A stretch of DNA of 64,000 nt from Malacoraja senta. Taxonomy: Eukaryota. The stretch is from NCBI GenBank assembly GCA_038087875.1, contig CM075994.1, positions 8,372,001-8,436,000 of the forward strand. Reading direction: 5' to 3'. Below the pieces are notes generated by a model. The model did not search any database and was not told the origin of the DNA. It saw nothing but the letters and a program-made list of their open reading frames with translations. The position numbers were made by a program, and so were the translations under genes. Within the stretch, counting starts at the first letter, position 1. Each line of letters opens with the position of its first letter. Of this stretch, positions 53,001-63,897 are shown in pieces.

Positions 53001-56000
53001 TTCATTTTGTGAACACAAACTTTTTAAAAGGCGAGGCAAACAATTTGACAGCAGCCACTTGCCAACCAAAATACATTTTGTGAACACAAACTTTTTAAAA
53101 GGCGAGGCAAGCAATTTGGCAGCAGCCAGATGACAACCAAAATGCATTTTGTGAACACAAACTTTTTAAAAGGCGAGGCAAACAATGTGGCAGCAGCCAC
53201 TTGACAACCAAAATTCATTTTGTGAACACAAACTAAGGCGAGGCAAATAATTTTGCATTAGCCACTTGACAACCAAAATTCATTTTGTGAAAACAAACGT
53301 TTTAAAAGGCGAGACAAACAATTTGGAAGGAGCCACTTGGCAACCAAAATTCATTTTGAGAACACAAACTTTTTAAAAGGCGAGGCAAACAATTTGGCAG
53401 CAGCCACTTGATAACCAAAATTCATTTTGTGAACACAAACTTTTTAAAAGTCGAGGCAAGCAATTTGGCCGCAGCCACTTGACAACCAAAATACATTTTG
53501 TGAACACAAACTTTTTAAAAGGCGAGGCAAGCAATTTGGCAGCAGCCACATGACAACCAAAATGGATTTTGTGAACACAAACTAAGGCGAGGCAAACAAT
53601 TTGGCAGCAGCCACTTGACAATCAAAATTCATTTTGTGAACACAAACTTTTTAAAAGGCGAGGCAAACAATTTTGCAGCAGCCACTTGACAACCAATCCA
53701 TTTTGTGAACACAAACATTTTAAAAGGCGAGGCAAACAATTTGGCAGCAGCTACTCGACAACCAAACCATTTTGTGAACACAAACTTTTTAAAAGGCGAG
53801 GCAAACAATTTGGCAGCAGCCACTTGACAACCAAAATTCATTTTGTGAACACAAACTAAGGCGAGGCAAATAATTTTGCAGCAGCCTCTTGACAACCAAA
53901 ATTCATTTTGTGAACACAAACTTTTTAAAAGGCGAGGCAAACAATTTGGCAGCAGCCACTTGACAACCAAAATTCATTTTGTGAACACAAACTTTTTAAA
54001 AGGTGAGGCAAACAATTTGGCAGCAGCCATTTGACAACCAATCCATTTTGTGAACACAAACTTTTTAAAAGGCGAGGCAAACAATTTGGCAGCAGCCACT
54101 TGACAACCAATCCATTTTGTGAACACAAACTTTTTAAAAGGCGAGGCAAACAATTTGGCAGCAGCCACTTGACTACCAAAATTCATTTTGTGAACACAAA
54201 CTAAGACGAGGCAAATAATTTTGCAGCAGCCACTTGACAACCAAAATTCATTTTGTGAACACAAACTTTTTAAAAGGCGAGGCAAACAATTTGGCAGCAG
54301 CCACTTGACAACCACAGTTCATTTTGTGAACACAAACTTTTAAAAAGGTGAGGCAAACAATTTGGCAGCAGCCACTTGACAACCAAAATTCATTTTGTGA
54401 ACACAAACTTTTTAAAAGGCGAGGCAAAGTATTTGGCAGGAGCCACTTGACAACCAGAATTCATTTTGAGAACACAAACTTTTTAAAAGGCGAGGCAAAC
54501 AATTTGGCAGCAGCCACTTGACAACCAAAATTCATTTTGTGAACACAAACTTTTTAAAAGGCGAAGCAAACAATTTGGCAGCAGCCACTTGACCACCAAA
54601 ATTCATTTTGTGAAATCAAACTTTTTAAAAGGCGAGGCAAACAATTTGGCAGCAGCCACTTGACAACCAAAATACATTTTGTGAACACCAACTAAGGCGA
54701 GGCATACAATTTGGCAGCAGCCACTTGACAATCAAAATTCATTTTGTGAAGACAAACTTTTTAAAAGGCGAGGCAAACAATTTGACAGCAGCCACTTGAC
54801 AACCAAAATTCATTTTGTGAACACAAACTAAGGCGAAGCAAACGATTTGGCAGCAGCCACTTGACAATCAAAATTCATTTTGTGAACACAAACTTTTTAA
54901 AAGGCGAGGCAAACAATTTGACAGCAGCCACTTGACAACCAAAATTCATTTTGTGAACACAAACTAAGGCGAGGCAAAGAATTTGGCAGCAGCCACTTGA
55001 CAATCAAAATTCATTTTGTGAACACAAACTTTTTAAAAGACGAGGCAAACGATTTGACAGCAGCCACTTGACAACCAAAATTCATTTTGTGAACACAGAC
55101 TTTTTAAAAGGCGTGGCAAACAATTTGGCAGCAGCCACTTGACAACCACAATTCATTTTGTGAACACAAACTTTTAAAAAGGTGAGGCAAACAATTTGGC
55201 AGCAGCCACTTGACAACCAAATTCATTTTGTGAACACAAAATTTTTAGAAGTCGAGGCAAGCAATTCGGCCGCAGCCACTTGACAACCAAAATTCATTTT
55301 GTGAACACAAACTTTTTAAAAGGCGAGGCAAACTATTTCGCAGGAGCCACTTGACAACCAAAATTCATTTTGAGAACACAAACTTTTTAAAAGGCGAGGC
55401 AAACAATTTGGCAGCAGCCACTTGACAACCAAAATTCATTTTGTGAACACAAACTTTTTAAAAGGCGAGGCAAACAATTTGGCAGCAGCCATTTGACAAC
55501 CACAATTCATTTGGTGAACACAAACTTTTAAAAAGGTGAGGCAAACAATTTGGCAGCAGCCACTTGACAACCAAAATTCATTTTGTGAACACAAACTTTT
55601 TAAAAGTCGAGGCAAGCAATTCGGCCGCAGCCACTTGACAACCAAAATTCATTTTGTGAACACAAACTTTTTAAAAGGCGAGGCAAACTATTTGGCAGGA
55701 GCCACTTGACAACCAAAATTCATTTTGAGAACACAAACTTTTTAAAAGGCGAGGCAAACAATTTGGCAGCAGCCACTAGACAACCAAAATTCATTTTGTG
55801 AACACAAACTTTTTAAAAGGCGAGGCAAACAATTTGGCAGCAGCCACTTGACAACCAAAATTCATTTTGTGAACTCAAACTTTTTAAAAGGCGAGGCAAA
55901 CAATTTGGCAGCAGCCACTTGACAACCAAAATTCATTTTGTGAACACCAACTAAGGCGAGGCAAACAATTTGGCAGCAGCCACTTGACAATCAAAATTCA

Positions 56001-58195
56001 TTTTGTGAAGACAAACTTTTTAAAAGGCGAGGCAAACAATTTGACAGCAGCCACTTGACAACCAAAATTCATTTTGTGAACACAAACTAAGGCGAAGCAA
56101 ACAATTCGGCAGCAGCCACTTGACAATCAAAATTCATTTTGTGAACACAAACTTTCTAAAAGGCGAGGCAAACAATTTGACAGCAGCCACTTGACAACCA
56201 AAGTTCATTTTGTGAACACAAACTAAGGCGAGGCAAAGAATTTGGCAGCAGCCACTTGACAACCACAATTCATTTTGTGAACACAAACTTTTAAAAAGGT
56301 GAGGCAAACAATTTGGCAGCAGCCACTTGACAACCAAAATTCATTTTGTGAACACAAACTTTTTTAAAAGTCGAGGCAAGCAATTCGGCCGCAGCCACTT
56401 GACAACCAAAATTCATTTTGTGAACACAAACTTTTTAAAAGGCGAGGCAAACAATTTGGCAGGAGCCACTTGACAACCAAAATTCATTTAGAGAACACAA
56501 ACTTTTTAAAAGGCGAGGCAAACAATTTGGCAGCAGCCACTTGACAACCAAAATTCATTTTGTGAACACAAACGTTTTAAAAGGCGAGGCAAACAATTTG
56601 GCAGCAGCCACTTGACAACCAAAATTCATTTTGTGAACTCAAACTTTTTAAAAGGCGAGGCAAACAATTTGGCAGCAGCCACTTGACAACCAAAATTCAT
56701 TTTGTGAACACCAACTAAGGCGAGGCAAACAATTTGGCAGCAGCCACTTGACAATCAAAATTCATTTTGTGAAGACAAACTTTTTAAAAGGCGAGGCAAA
56801 CAAGTTGACAGCAGCCACTTGACAATCAAAATTCATTTTGTGAACACAAACGTTTTAAAAGACGAGGCAAACGATTTGACAGCAGCCACTAGACAACCAA
56901 AATTCATTTTGTGAACACAAACTTTTTAAAAGGCGAGACAAGCAATTTGGCAGCAGCCACTTGACAACCAAAATTCATTTTGTGAACACAAAGTTTTTAA
57001 AGACGAGGCAAACAATTTGGCAGCAGCCATTTGACAACCAAAATTAATTTTGTGAATACAAACTTTTTAAAAGGCGAGGCAAACAATTTGGCAGCAGCCA
57101 TTTGACAACCACAATTCATTTGGTGAACACAAACTTTTAAAAAGGTGAGGCAAACAATTTGGCAGCAGCCACTTGACAACCAAAATTCATTTTGTGAACA
57201 CAAACTTTTTAAAAGTCGAGGCAAGCAATTCGGCCGCAGCCTCTTGACAACCAAAATTCATTTTGTGAACACAAACTTTTTAAAAGGCGAGGCAAACTAT
57301 TTGGCAGGAGCCACTTGACAACCAAAATTCATTTTGAGAACACAAACTTTTTAAAAGGCGAGGCAAACAATTTGGCAGCAGCCACTAGACAACCAAAATT
57401 CATTTTGTGAACACAAACTTTTTAAAAGGCGAGGCAAACAATTTGGCAGCAGCCACTTGACAACCAAAATTCATTTTGTGAACTCAAACTTTTTAAAAGG
57501 CGAGGTAAACAATTTGGCAGCAGCCACTTGACAACCAAAATTCATTTTGTGAACACCAACTAAGGCGAGGCAAACAATTTGGCAGCAGCCACTTGACAAT
57601 CAAAATTCATTTTGTGAAGACAAACTTTTTAAAAGGCGAGGCAAACAAGTTGACAGCAGCCACTTGACAACCAAAATTCATTTTGTGAACACAAACTAAG
57701 GCGAGGCAAATAATTTGGCAGCAGCCACTTGACAATCAAAATTCATTTTGTGAACACAAACTTTTTAAAAGACGAGGCAAACGATTTGACAGCAGCCACT
57801 TGACAACCAAAATTCATTTTGTGAACACAAACTTTTTAAAAGGTGAGGCAAGCAATTTGGCAGCAGCCACTTGACAACCAAAATTCATTTTTTGAACACA
57901 AACTTTTTAAAGGCGAGGCAAACAATTTGGCAGCAGCCACATGACAACCAAAATTCATTTTGTGAATACAAACTTTTTAAAAGGCGAGGCAAACAATTTG
58001 GCAGCAGCCACTTGACAACCAAAATTCATTTTGTTAAGACAATATTTTTTAAAGGCGAGGCAAACAATTTGGCAGCAGCCACTTGACAATCAAAATTCAT
58101 TTTGTGAACACAAACTTTTTAAAAGGCGAGGCAAACAATTTGGCAACAGCCACTTGACAACCAAAATTCATTTAGTGAACTAAGGCGAGGCAAAT
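47030..58195. repeat. Satellite array of 71-bp monomers and a 65-bp variant, roughly 145-150 copies; 3-4 more at about 44695..44940
   Basis: Consensus AACACAAACTTTTTAAAAGGCGAGGCAAACAATTTGGCAGCAGCCACTTGACAACCAAAATTCATTTTGTG; the variant lacks TTTTAA. Confidence 0.97.
50810..51661 (+). mobile_element. Penelope-like element, 5'-truncated, with open GIY-YIG endonuclease domain and 3' tail
   Basis: ORF 50854..51420: PCNRKRCNTC, NLIYCIRCSRCQLIYIGETKRRLGDRFAEH, VAQHF, GLN. Confidence 0.93.
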
Positions 58196-58527
58196 AATAG
58201 TAAGATTAAACGAGAACTTACCTAAGTTTGAAGTTTGATCTTTATTTTATGAGGAGTTACGTAGGTGATTACGTGAAGAACCCCGCCAGTGCGCCTGCGC
58301 GTCAATCTTCAAAGCAGCGGTGTGAAATCACAAAAAACAACAACCGAAGTAATATAGTCTCAGAATAAAACGAGTAATACAAGAACTTCCATCTGACCTT
58401 TATGATAGAGGGTAGGGTCGTGGCGGGCACGTAATCACCTACGTAGCTCCTCATAAAATAAAGATCAAACTTCAAACTTAGGTAAGTTCTCGTTTAATCT
58501 TACTATTTTACTTCGGAGTCACGTGAG
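58196..58527 (-). mobile_element. DIRS1-like 3' terminal fragment (internal complementary region, right ITR and extension)
   Basis: 80-bp inverted repeat 58196..58275 / 58428..58507 with 1 mismatch; similarity to the DIRS left end at about 5918..5978. Confidence 0.75.
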
Positions 58528-58955
58528 CAGCCACTTTACAGCCACTTTACAGCCACATCGAGGGGACTCACCGTGGAGTAGACGTGCGTTCAGTGTTATT
58601 CGCAGCTCAGAGAGCCGTGACCCTCTCGATTCCTGGGTCTGGCCGAGACTGAGTGAGGCACGACACTTCTGGGTTTTATGTCCCTCCCACCTGCCGCCAG
58701 CTGGGGCAGCAGAGAGAATGGCGAATGTTTAAAAAACAATAATCTTCCCCTGATTTTTCATCGATGGGAAAAATCCTCCTGTCCAGGAAGGCGGAGGGGG
58801 GCTCTGAACGAGGTGGCCAAAAATGACGGCAGTCGTTGGCGGCGTTCTTTCGGAAATCATAGCACAGCGGGCCAAAAGCAGTCAAGATCAGACTTTTAGT
58901 TATATAGATGGTGAAGCTGCTTCAGAAGCCGGAAGGAGACCTCCTTCTCCCTCTC

Positions 58956-58992
<37 letters not shown>

Positions 58993-58997
58993 CTCCC

Positions 58998-59160
58998 TCC
59001 CTCCTCCCGGCCTCGGCGTGCGAGAGGGGTTGTTTTGAAAGCGCCGTTGCCGGATTTGCAAGCAGCGGCCGTTATCAGGGCGATAGCGGCCGCTGCTTGC
59101 AAATCCGCCAAAGGCACTTTCAAAACAACCACTCTCACACGCCGAGGCTGGGAGGAGGGA
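58998..59160. repeat. GC-rich inverted repeat, 79-bp arms and 5-nt loop
   Basis: 58998..59076 vs 59082..59160, about 7 mismatches. Confidence 0.9.
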
Positions 59161-59834
59161 GGCCTCCTTCGGCCGGGCGGGGTGCGGGAGGAGGAGGCGG
59201 TGGAGCCGCTGTTGCCGCTGTTCGGGGCCCGTCACTCGCTCCGACCCTTCGTCACCACGCACCTAGTATCTTTGCCCCGCAATACAGCCGCCGCCGGCAC
59301 GAAACGTCACGTTCTTATTCGCCAGAGATGCTGCCTGACCCGCGGAGTTACTCCAGTTTTTAGTGTCTATCAGTATAGCCAGTATCTGCGTGCCAAGCCG
59401 GGCAAAATGACTCGGCGTTTAGGTTGCCCGGCGGCACTTAGGGTTCAGTGGCACCCGGCAACCGCTAATTTCGAGCCCTGACATGTCCCATCTCCACTAG
59501 TCCTCCCTACTTGCGTTTGGTCCATACCAACGGGGCCTGTTTCCATGTTGTAAGACTCTGTGAGTTGGCCAAATGGCATGTTCCCGAAACGTCGCCCATT
59601 CCTTCTCTCCAGAGATGCTGCCTGCCCCGCTGAGTTACTCCAGCATTTTGTGTCTTCGATTTTTACCAGCATCTGCAGTTCTTTCTAACTGTTTTCAACC
59701 CTTATGGTTCAGTGACTATAAAAGTGTGTTAATAGAAATAATATTTAAAAATCCCAAAATGCCTGCCTACCACTATCAAAGTCCAGAACATTCAGGATTA
59801 TTGAACTATTACTGTATGTAAAATACTCTATGAG

Positions 59835-60130
59835 GGTGGCAAGGTGGTGCAGCTGTAGAGTTGCTGCCTCACAGCGCCAGAGACCCGGATTCGATCCTTT
59901 GCGGGTGCTGTCTGTATGGAGTTTGTACGTTCTCCCCGTGACCTGCGCGGGCTTTCTCCGAGATCTTCGGATTCCTCCCACGCTCCAATGATGTACAGGC
60001 TTGCAGGTTAATTGGCTTGGTGTAAATGTAAAAATTGTCGCTGGTGTGTGTAGGATAGTTTTGGTGTGCGGGGATCGCTGGTCGGTCCGGACTTGGCAGG
60101 CAGAAGGGCCTGTTTCCGCCCTGTATCTCT
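59835..60130 (+). mobile_element. HE1-like V-SINE
   Basis: tRNA-like head and V core. Confidence 0.8.
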
Positions 60131-60324
60131 ACTTAGAAACATAGAAACATAGAAAATAGGCGCAGGAGTAGGCCATTCGGCCCTTCGAGCCAGCACCGCC
60201 ATTCAATATGATCACGTCTGATCATCCAGAATCAGTTTCCTGTTCCTGCTTTCTCCCCATATCCCTTGATTCCGTTAGCCCCAAGAGCTAAACTAAACTA
60301 AACTAAACTAAAGATATTTTCAAG

Positions 60325-60875
60325 ATGGAAAGGGTTCAGAAAAGATTTACGAGGGTGTTGCCAGGACTAGAGGGTGTGAGCTACATGCAGAGGTTGTGAC
60401 TCTATTCCATGGAGCGCAGGAGGATGAGGGGTGATCTTATGGAGGTGTATAAAATCATGAGAGGAATAAATCGGGTAGACGCACAGAGTCTCTTGCCCAG
60501 AGTAGGGTAATCGAGGACCAGAGGACATAGGTTAAATGTGAGGGCGGGAAAGATTTAATAGGAACCTGAGAGATAACTTTTTCACACAATGGGTGGTCGG
60601 TGTATGGAACAAGCTGCCAGAGAAGGTAGTTGAGGCTGGGACTATCCCAACGTTTAAGAAGCAGGCAGACAGGTACAGGTTTGGAGGGATATGGACCAAA
60701 CGCAGGCAGGTAGGACTTGTGTAGCTGGGACATGTTGGCCGGTGTGGGCAAGTTGGGCCAAAGGGCCTGTTTCCACGCTGTATCACTCTGTGACTTGTGT
60801 AGCTGGGACATATTGGCCGGTGTGGGCAAGTTGGGCCAAAGGGCCTGTTTCCACGCTGTATCACTCCATGACTCT
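60325..60875 (+). mobile_element. CR1-type LINE 3' fragment with a 78-bp tandem duplication of its tail
   Basis: Decayed ORF2 C-terminal sequence (ERVQKRFTR.., SRTRGH); tail repeated at about 60714 and 60792. Confidence 0.75.
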
Positions 60876-60934
60876 ATTCCAGGAAAAGGTGTAACATCAA
60901 TGCTGAGAATCTGCAATTTTCCTGTCCATTGTAG

Positions 60935-61084
60935 ATTGAGATCAACGTTGAGGGGAACGACTATTCTCCCGATAGTTGCGCATATATAACGATTCAAATG
61001 GGAGATGCAGGACAAGCATCTCTCGCGATGGTGGACAGCGCAATCTATATCCTCAACAGCAAGAATAAACTTACAACCAAACAG
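60935..61084 (+). CDS. C4: Complement C4-like, exon 14 (MG6/linker)
   Basis: IEINVEGNDYSPDSCAYITIQMGDAGQASLAMVDSAIYILNSKNKLTTKQ; 150 nt, phase 0 to 0; TAG/GTACGT; absent from the ORF track. Confidence 0.93.
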
Positions 61085-62544
61085 GTACGTTCAGTTTAGT
61101 TTAGTTTATTGTCACATGTACCGAGGTACAGTGAAAAGCTTTTGTTGCGTGCTAACCAGTCAGCGGAAAGGGAACAAATGATTACAATCAAGCCATTTAC
61201 AGTGTAAAGGTTCATGATAAAGGGAATAACGTTTAGTGCATGGCAAAGTCCGATCAAAGATAATCCGAGGGTCTCCAATGAGGTAGCAAGTAGTTCTGGA
61301 CTGCTCGCTGGATGTGGTAGGATGGTTCCATTGCCTGATAACACCTGGGAAGAAACTGTTCCTGAATGTGGAGGTGTGCGTTTTCACACTTCTCGATGGG
61401 AGAGGGGGAGAAGAGGGAGTGGCCGGGGTGCGACTGGTCCTTGATTATGCTGTTGGCCTTGCCGAGGCAGCATGAGGTGTAGATGGGGTCGATGAAAGGG
61501 TTTGCATGATGCTACGTTCTGTGCTGCGTTCACAATTTCTTGCGGTCTTGGACGGAGCAGTTCCCAAATCGTGCTGTGATGCATCCCAATATAAAATGCT
61601 TTCTACGGCGCGCATTTCGCCCATATCCCTCTCAACGTTCCGGTCCATCAATCTGCTCAAGTGTCATTTAAATGTTGTCGTAGTCCCAGCCTCAACTACC
61701 TCCTCCAGCAGCTCGTTACATACACCCATCTCCCTCATTGTGGAAAAGTTGCCCCTCAGATTCCTATTAAAACTTCCCCCCTTCACCTTAAACCTATGTC
61801 CTCTAGCCCTTGATTCCTGCACCTTGAGTAAAAGACTATCTATACCTCTCGTCATTTTATACACCTCTATAAGATCACCCCTCAGCCTCCTGCGCTCCAA
61901 GGAATAGAATCCTAGCCTGCCCAACCTCTCCCTATAGTTCAGGCCCTCACGCCCTGGCGGGATGGACATGCGGATGTACGGGCCAAGTTTATTTTAAACA
62001 CAGCGGGTGGTGGGTGTCTGGAACGCGCTTCCAGGGGTGGTGGTGGGAGATACAATAGTGGCGTTTAACAGGCTTTCAGATGGATTTGGAGGGAAATGGA
62101 TCGTGCTGGCAAATATCAATAGACAATAGGTGCACGAGTAGGCCATTCGGCCCTTCGAGCCAGCACCACCATTCAATGTGATCATGGCTGATCATCCACA
62201 ATCAGTACCCCGTTCCTGCCTTCTACCCATATCCCTTGACTCCGCTATCTTTAAGATATCTATCTATCTCTCTTGAAAGCATCTGGAGAACCGGCCTCCA
62301 CCGCCCTCTGAGGCAGAGAATTCCACACATTCACAACTCTCTGGGTGAAAACGTTTGTCCTCATCTCAGTTCTATATGACTTACCGCTTATTCTTAAACT
62401 GTGACCCCTGGTTCTGGACTCCCCCATCATTGGGAACTGTTTTGGCATCATGTTCGGCACAGACATTGCGGGCCGAAGGGCCTGTTGCTGTGCTGTATTT
62501 TCCACGTTCTCTGTTTATTCTAGAACATAGAACAGGGCGGCCAT

Positions 62545-62858
62545 GGTGGCGCAGCGGTAGAGGTACTGCCTTACAGCGCTTGCAGCACCAGAGACCCGGG
62601 TTCGATCCTGACTACGGGTACTTGTCTGTACGGAGTTTGGTTGTACCTTCTCCCTGTGACCCGCGTGGGTTTTCTCCGAGATCTTCGGTTTCCTCCCACA
62701 CTCCAAAGACGTGCAGGTTTGTAGGTCAATTGGCTTGGTGGATCAATGTAAAAAGTGTGTGTAGGATAGTGTTAGTGTGCGGGGATCGCTGGACGGAGCG
62801 GACTCGTGGGCCGAAGGGCTTGTTTCCGCATTGTATCTGCAAGCTAAACTAAACTAAA
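62545..62858 (+). mobile_element. HE1-like V-SINE, full length
   Basis: GGTGGCGCAGCGGTAGAG, GGTTCGATCC, V core, (AAACT)n. Confidence 0.85.
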
Positions 62859-62977
62859 CAGTACTACACAGGAACAGGACCCTCGGCCACTATATTTGTG
62901 CCGAACAGGTTGCAGAGTTAAACTAATTTCACAAGTGTGGCCTGACCAATGTGTCTGTATAATTTGTCTTGTTGTAG

Positions 62978-63104
62978 TTATTCGAACGAATGAACACCTA
63001 CGACCTTGGCTGCAGTTTTGGTGGAGGTTCGGACAATGTGCATGTCTTCATGGATGCTGGGCTGGCTTTTATTTCCAACAACGATGCCTCAAAGCTTCGC
63101 GAAG
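62978..63104 (+). CDS. C4: Complement C4-like, exon 15 (linker); gene continues beyond the window
   Basis: LFERMNTYDLGCSFGGGSDNVHVFMDAGLAFISNNDASKLRE, close to C4 MNSYDLGCGPGGG..AGLAF; 127 nt, phase 0 to 1; TAG/GTGAGT. Confidence 0.94.
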
Positions 63105-63370
63105 GTGAGTGGAACTTGTGGAAGGGAAGATAGACACAAACAGCTGGAGTACCTCAGCGGGACAGGCAGCATCTCTGGAGAGAGGGAATGGGCGACGTCT
63201 CGGGTCTCGACACTTCTTCAGGCTGAGAGTCAGGGCAGTGGGAAACCACAGATATAGACGGTGGAGAGATACAGAACAAGTGAATGAAAGATATGCAAAA
63301 ATGTACCTTCTAGCTTTCTTCTCCCCCCCCCCCCCCGCCACACTATCAGCCTGAAGAAGGGTCCCGCCCC

Positions 63371-63897
63371 GAAACGTCTCCTATCCATGTTCTCCAGAGA
63401 TGCGGCCTGACCCTCTGAATTACTGCAGCACTGTGAAACGTCTTCTATCCATGTTCTCCAGAGATGCGGCCTGACCCCCTGAGTTACTCCAGCACTCTGT
63501 GAGACGTCACCTATCCATGTTCTCCACAGATGTTGCCTGGCCCGTTGATTTACTCCAGCACTGTGTGAGACGTCTCCTATCCATGTTCTCCAGAGATGCT
63601 GCCTGACCCGCTGAGTTACTCCAGCACTCTGTGAGACGTCTCCTATCCATGTTCTCCAGAGATGCGGCCTGACCCCCTGAGTTACTCCAGCACTCTGTGA
63701 GACGTCTCCTATCCATGTTCTCCAGAGATGCTGCCTGACCCGCTGAGTTACTCCAGCACTCTGTGAGACGTCTCCTATCCATGTTCTCCAGAGATGCTGC
63801 CTGACCCCCTGAGTTACTGCAGCACTCTGTGACACGTCACCTATCCATGTTCTCCAGAGATGCTGCCTGACCCGTTGATTTACTCCAGCACTTTGTG
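63371..63897. repeat. Eight tandem copies of a 66-bp unit derived from the Penelope-type tail
   Basis: Unit starts at about 63371, 63435, 63501, 63567, 63633, 63699, 63765 and 63831. Confidence 0.9.

Larger units (their letters stand above)
42569..58908 (-). mobile_element. Non-autonomous Helitron, 16.3 kb, carrying a satellite array and nested elements
   Basis: Minus strand begins TCTATATAACTAAAAG (58908) and ends with hairpin TGGGACCC-AAC-GGGTCCCA, 6 nt, CTAG (42569); sits between A and T with no TSD; removal restores a 28-bp palindrome with its own 8-bp TSD. Confidence 0.85.
38071..59480. mobile_element. Non-autonomous hAT-like DNA transposon, expanded to 21.4 kb by nested insertions
   Basis: Ends CAGGGCTCTCACTTAAC / GCTAATTTCGAGCCCTG (13/17 inverted match); GTTGCC/GGCAAC subterminal motifs at both ends; flanks rejoin into one CR1-type tail; no clean 8-bp TSD. 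Confidence 0.65.

Noticed and set aside
47030..58195. CRISPR-like array or coding repeat ORFs (MVVKWLLPNC..., MNFGCQVAAAK...)
   Set aside because: Monomers are contiguous with no unique spacers, the context is eukaryotic, and the ORFs are translations of the satellite
58196..58507. Ordinary MITE with 80-bp TIRs
   Set aside because: No TSD, and similarity to the DIRS left end extends beyond the inverted repeat
12143..63104. Assignment as C3, C5 or alpha-2-macroglobulin
   Set aside because: AYVRF..RGLE, IPDIAE and MNTYDLGC..GGG..AGLAF fit C4 best by recall; thioester and chain-junction exons are outside the window, so phylogeny is still needed
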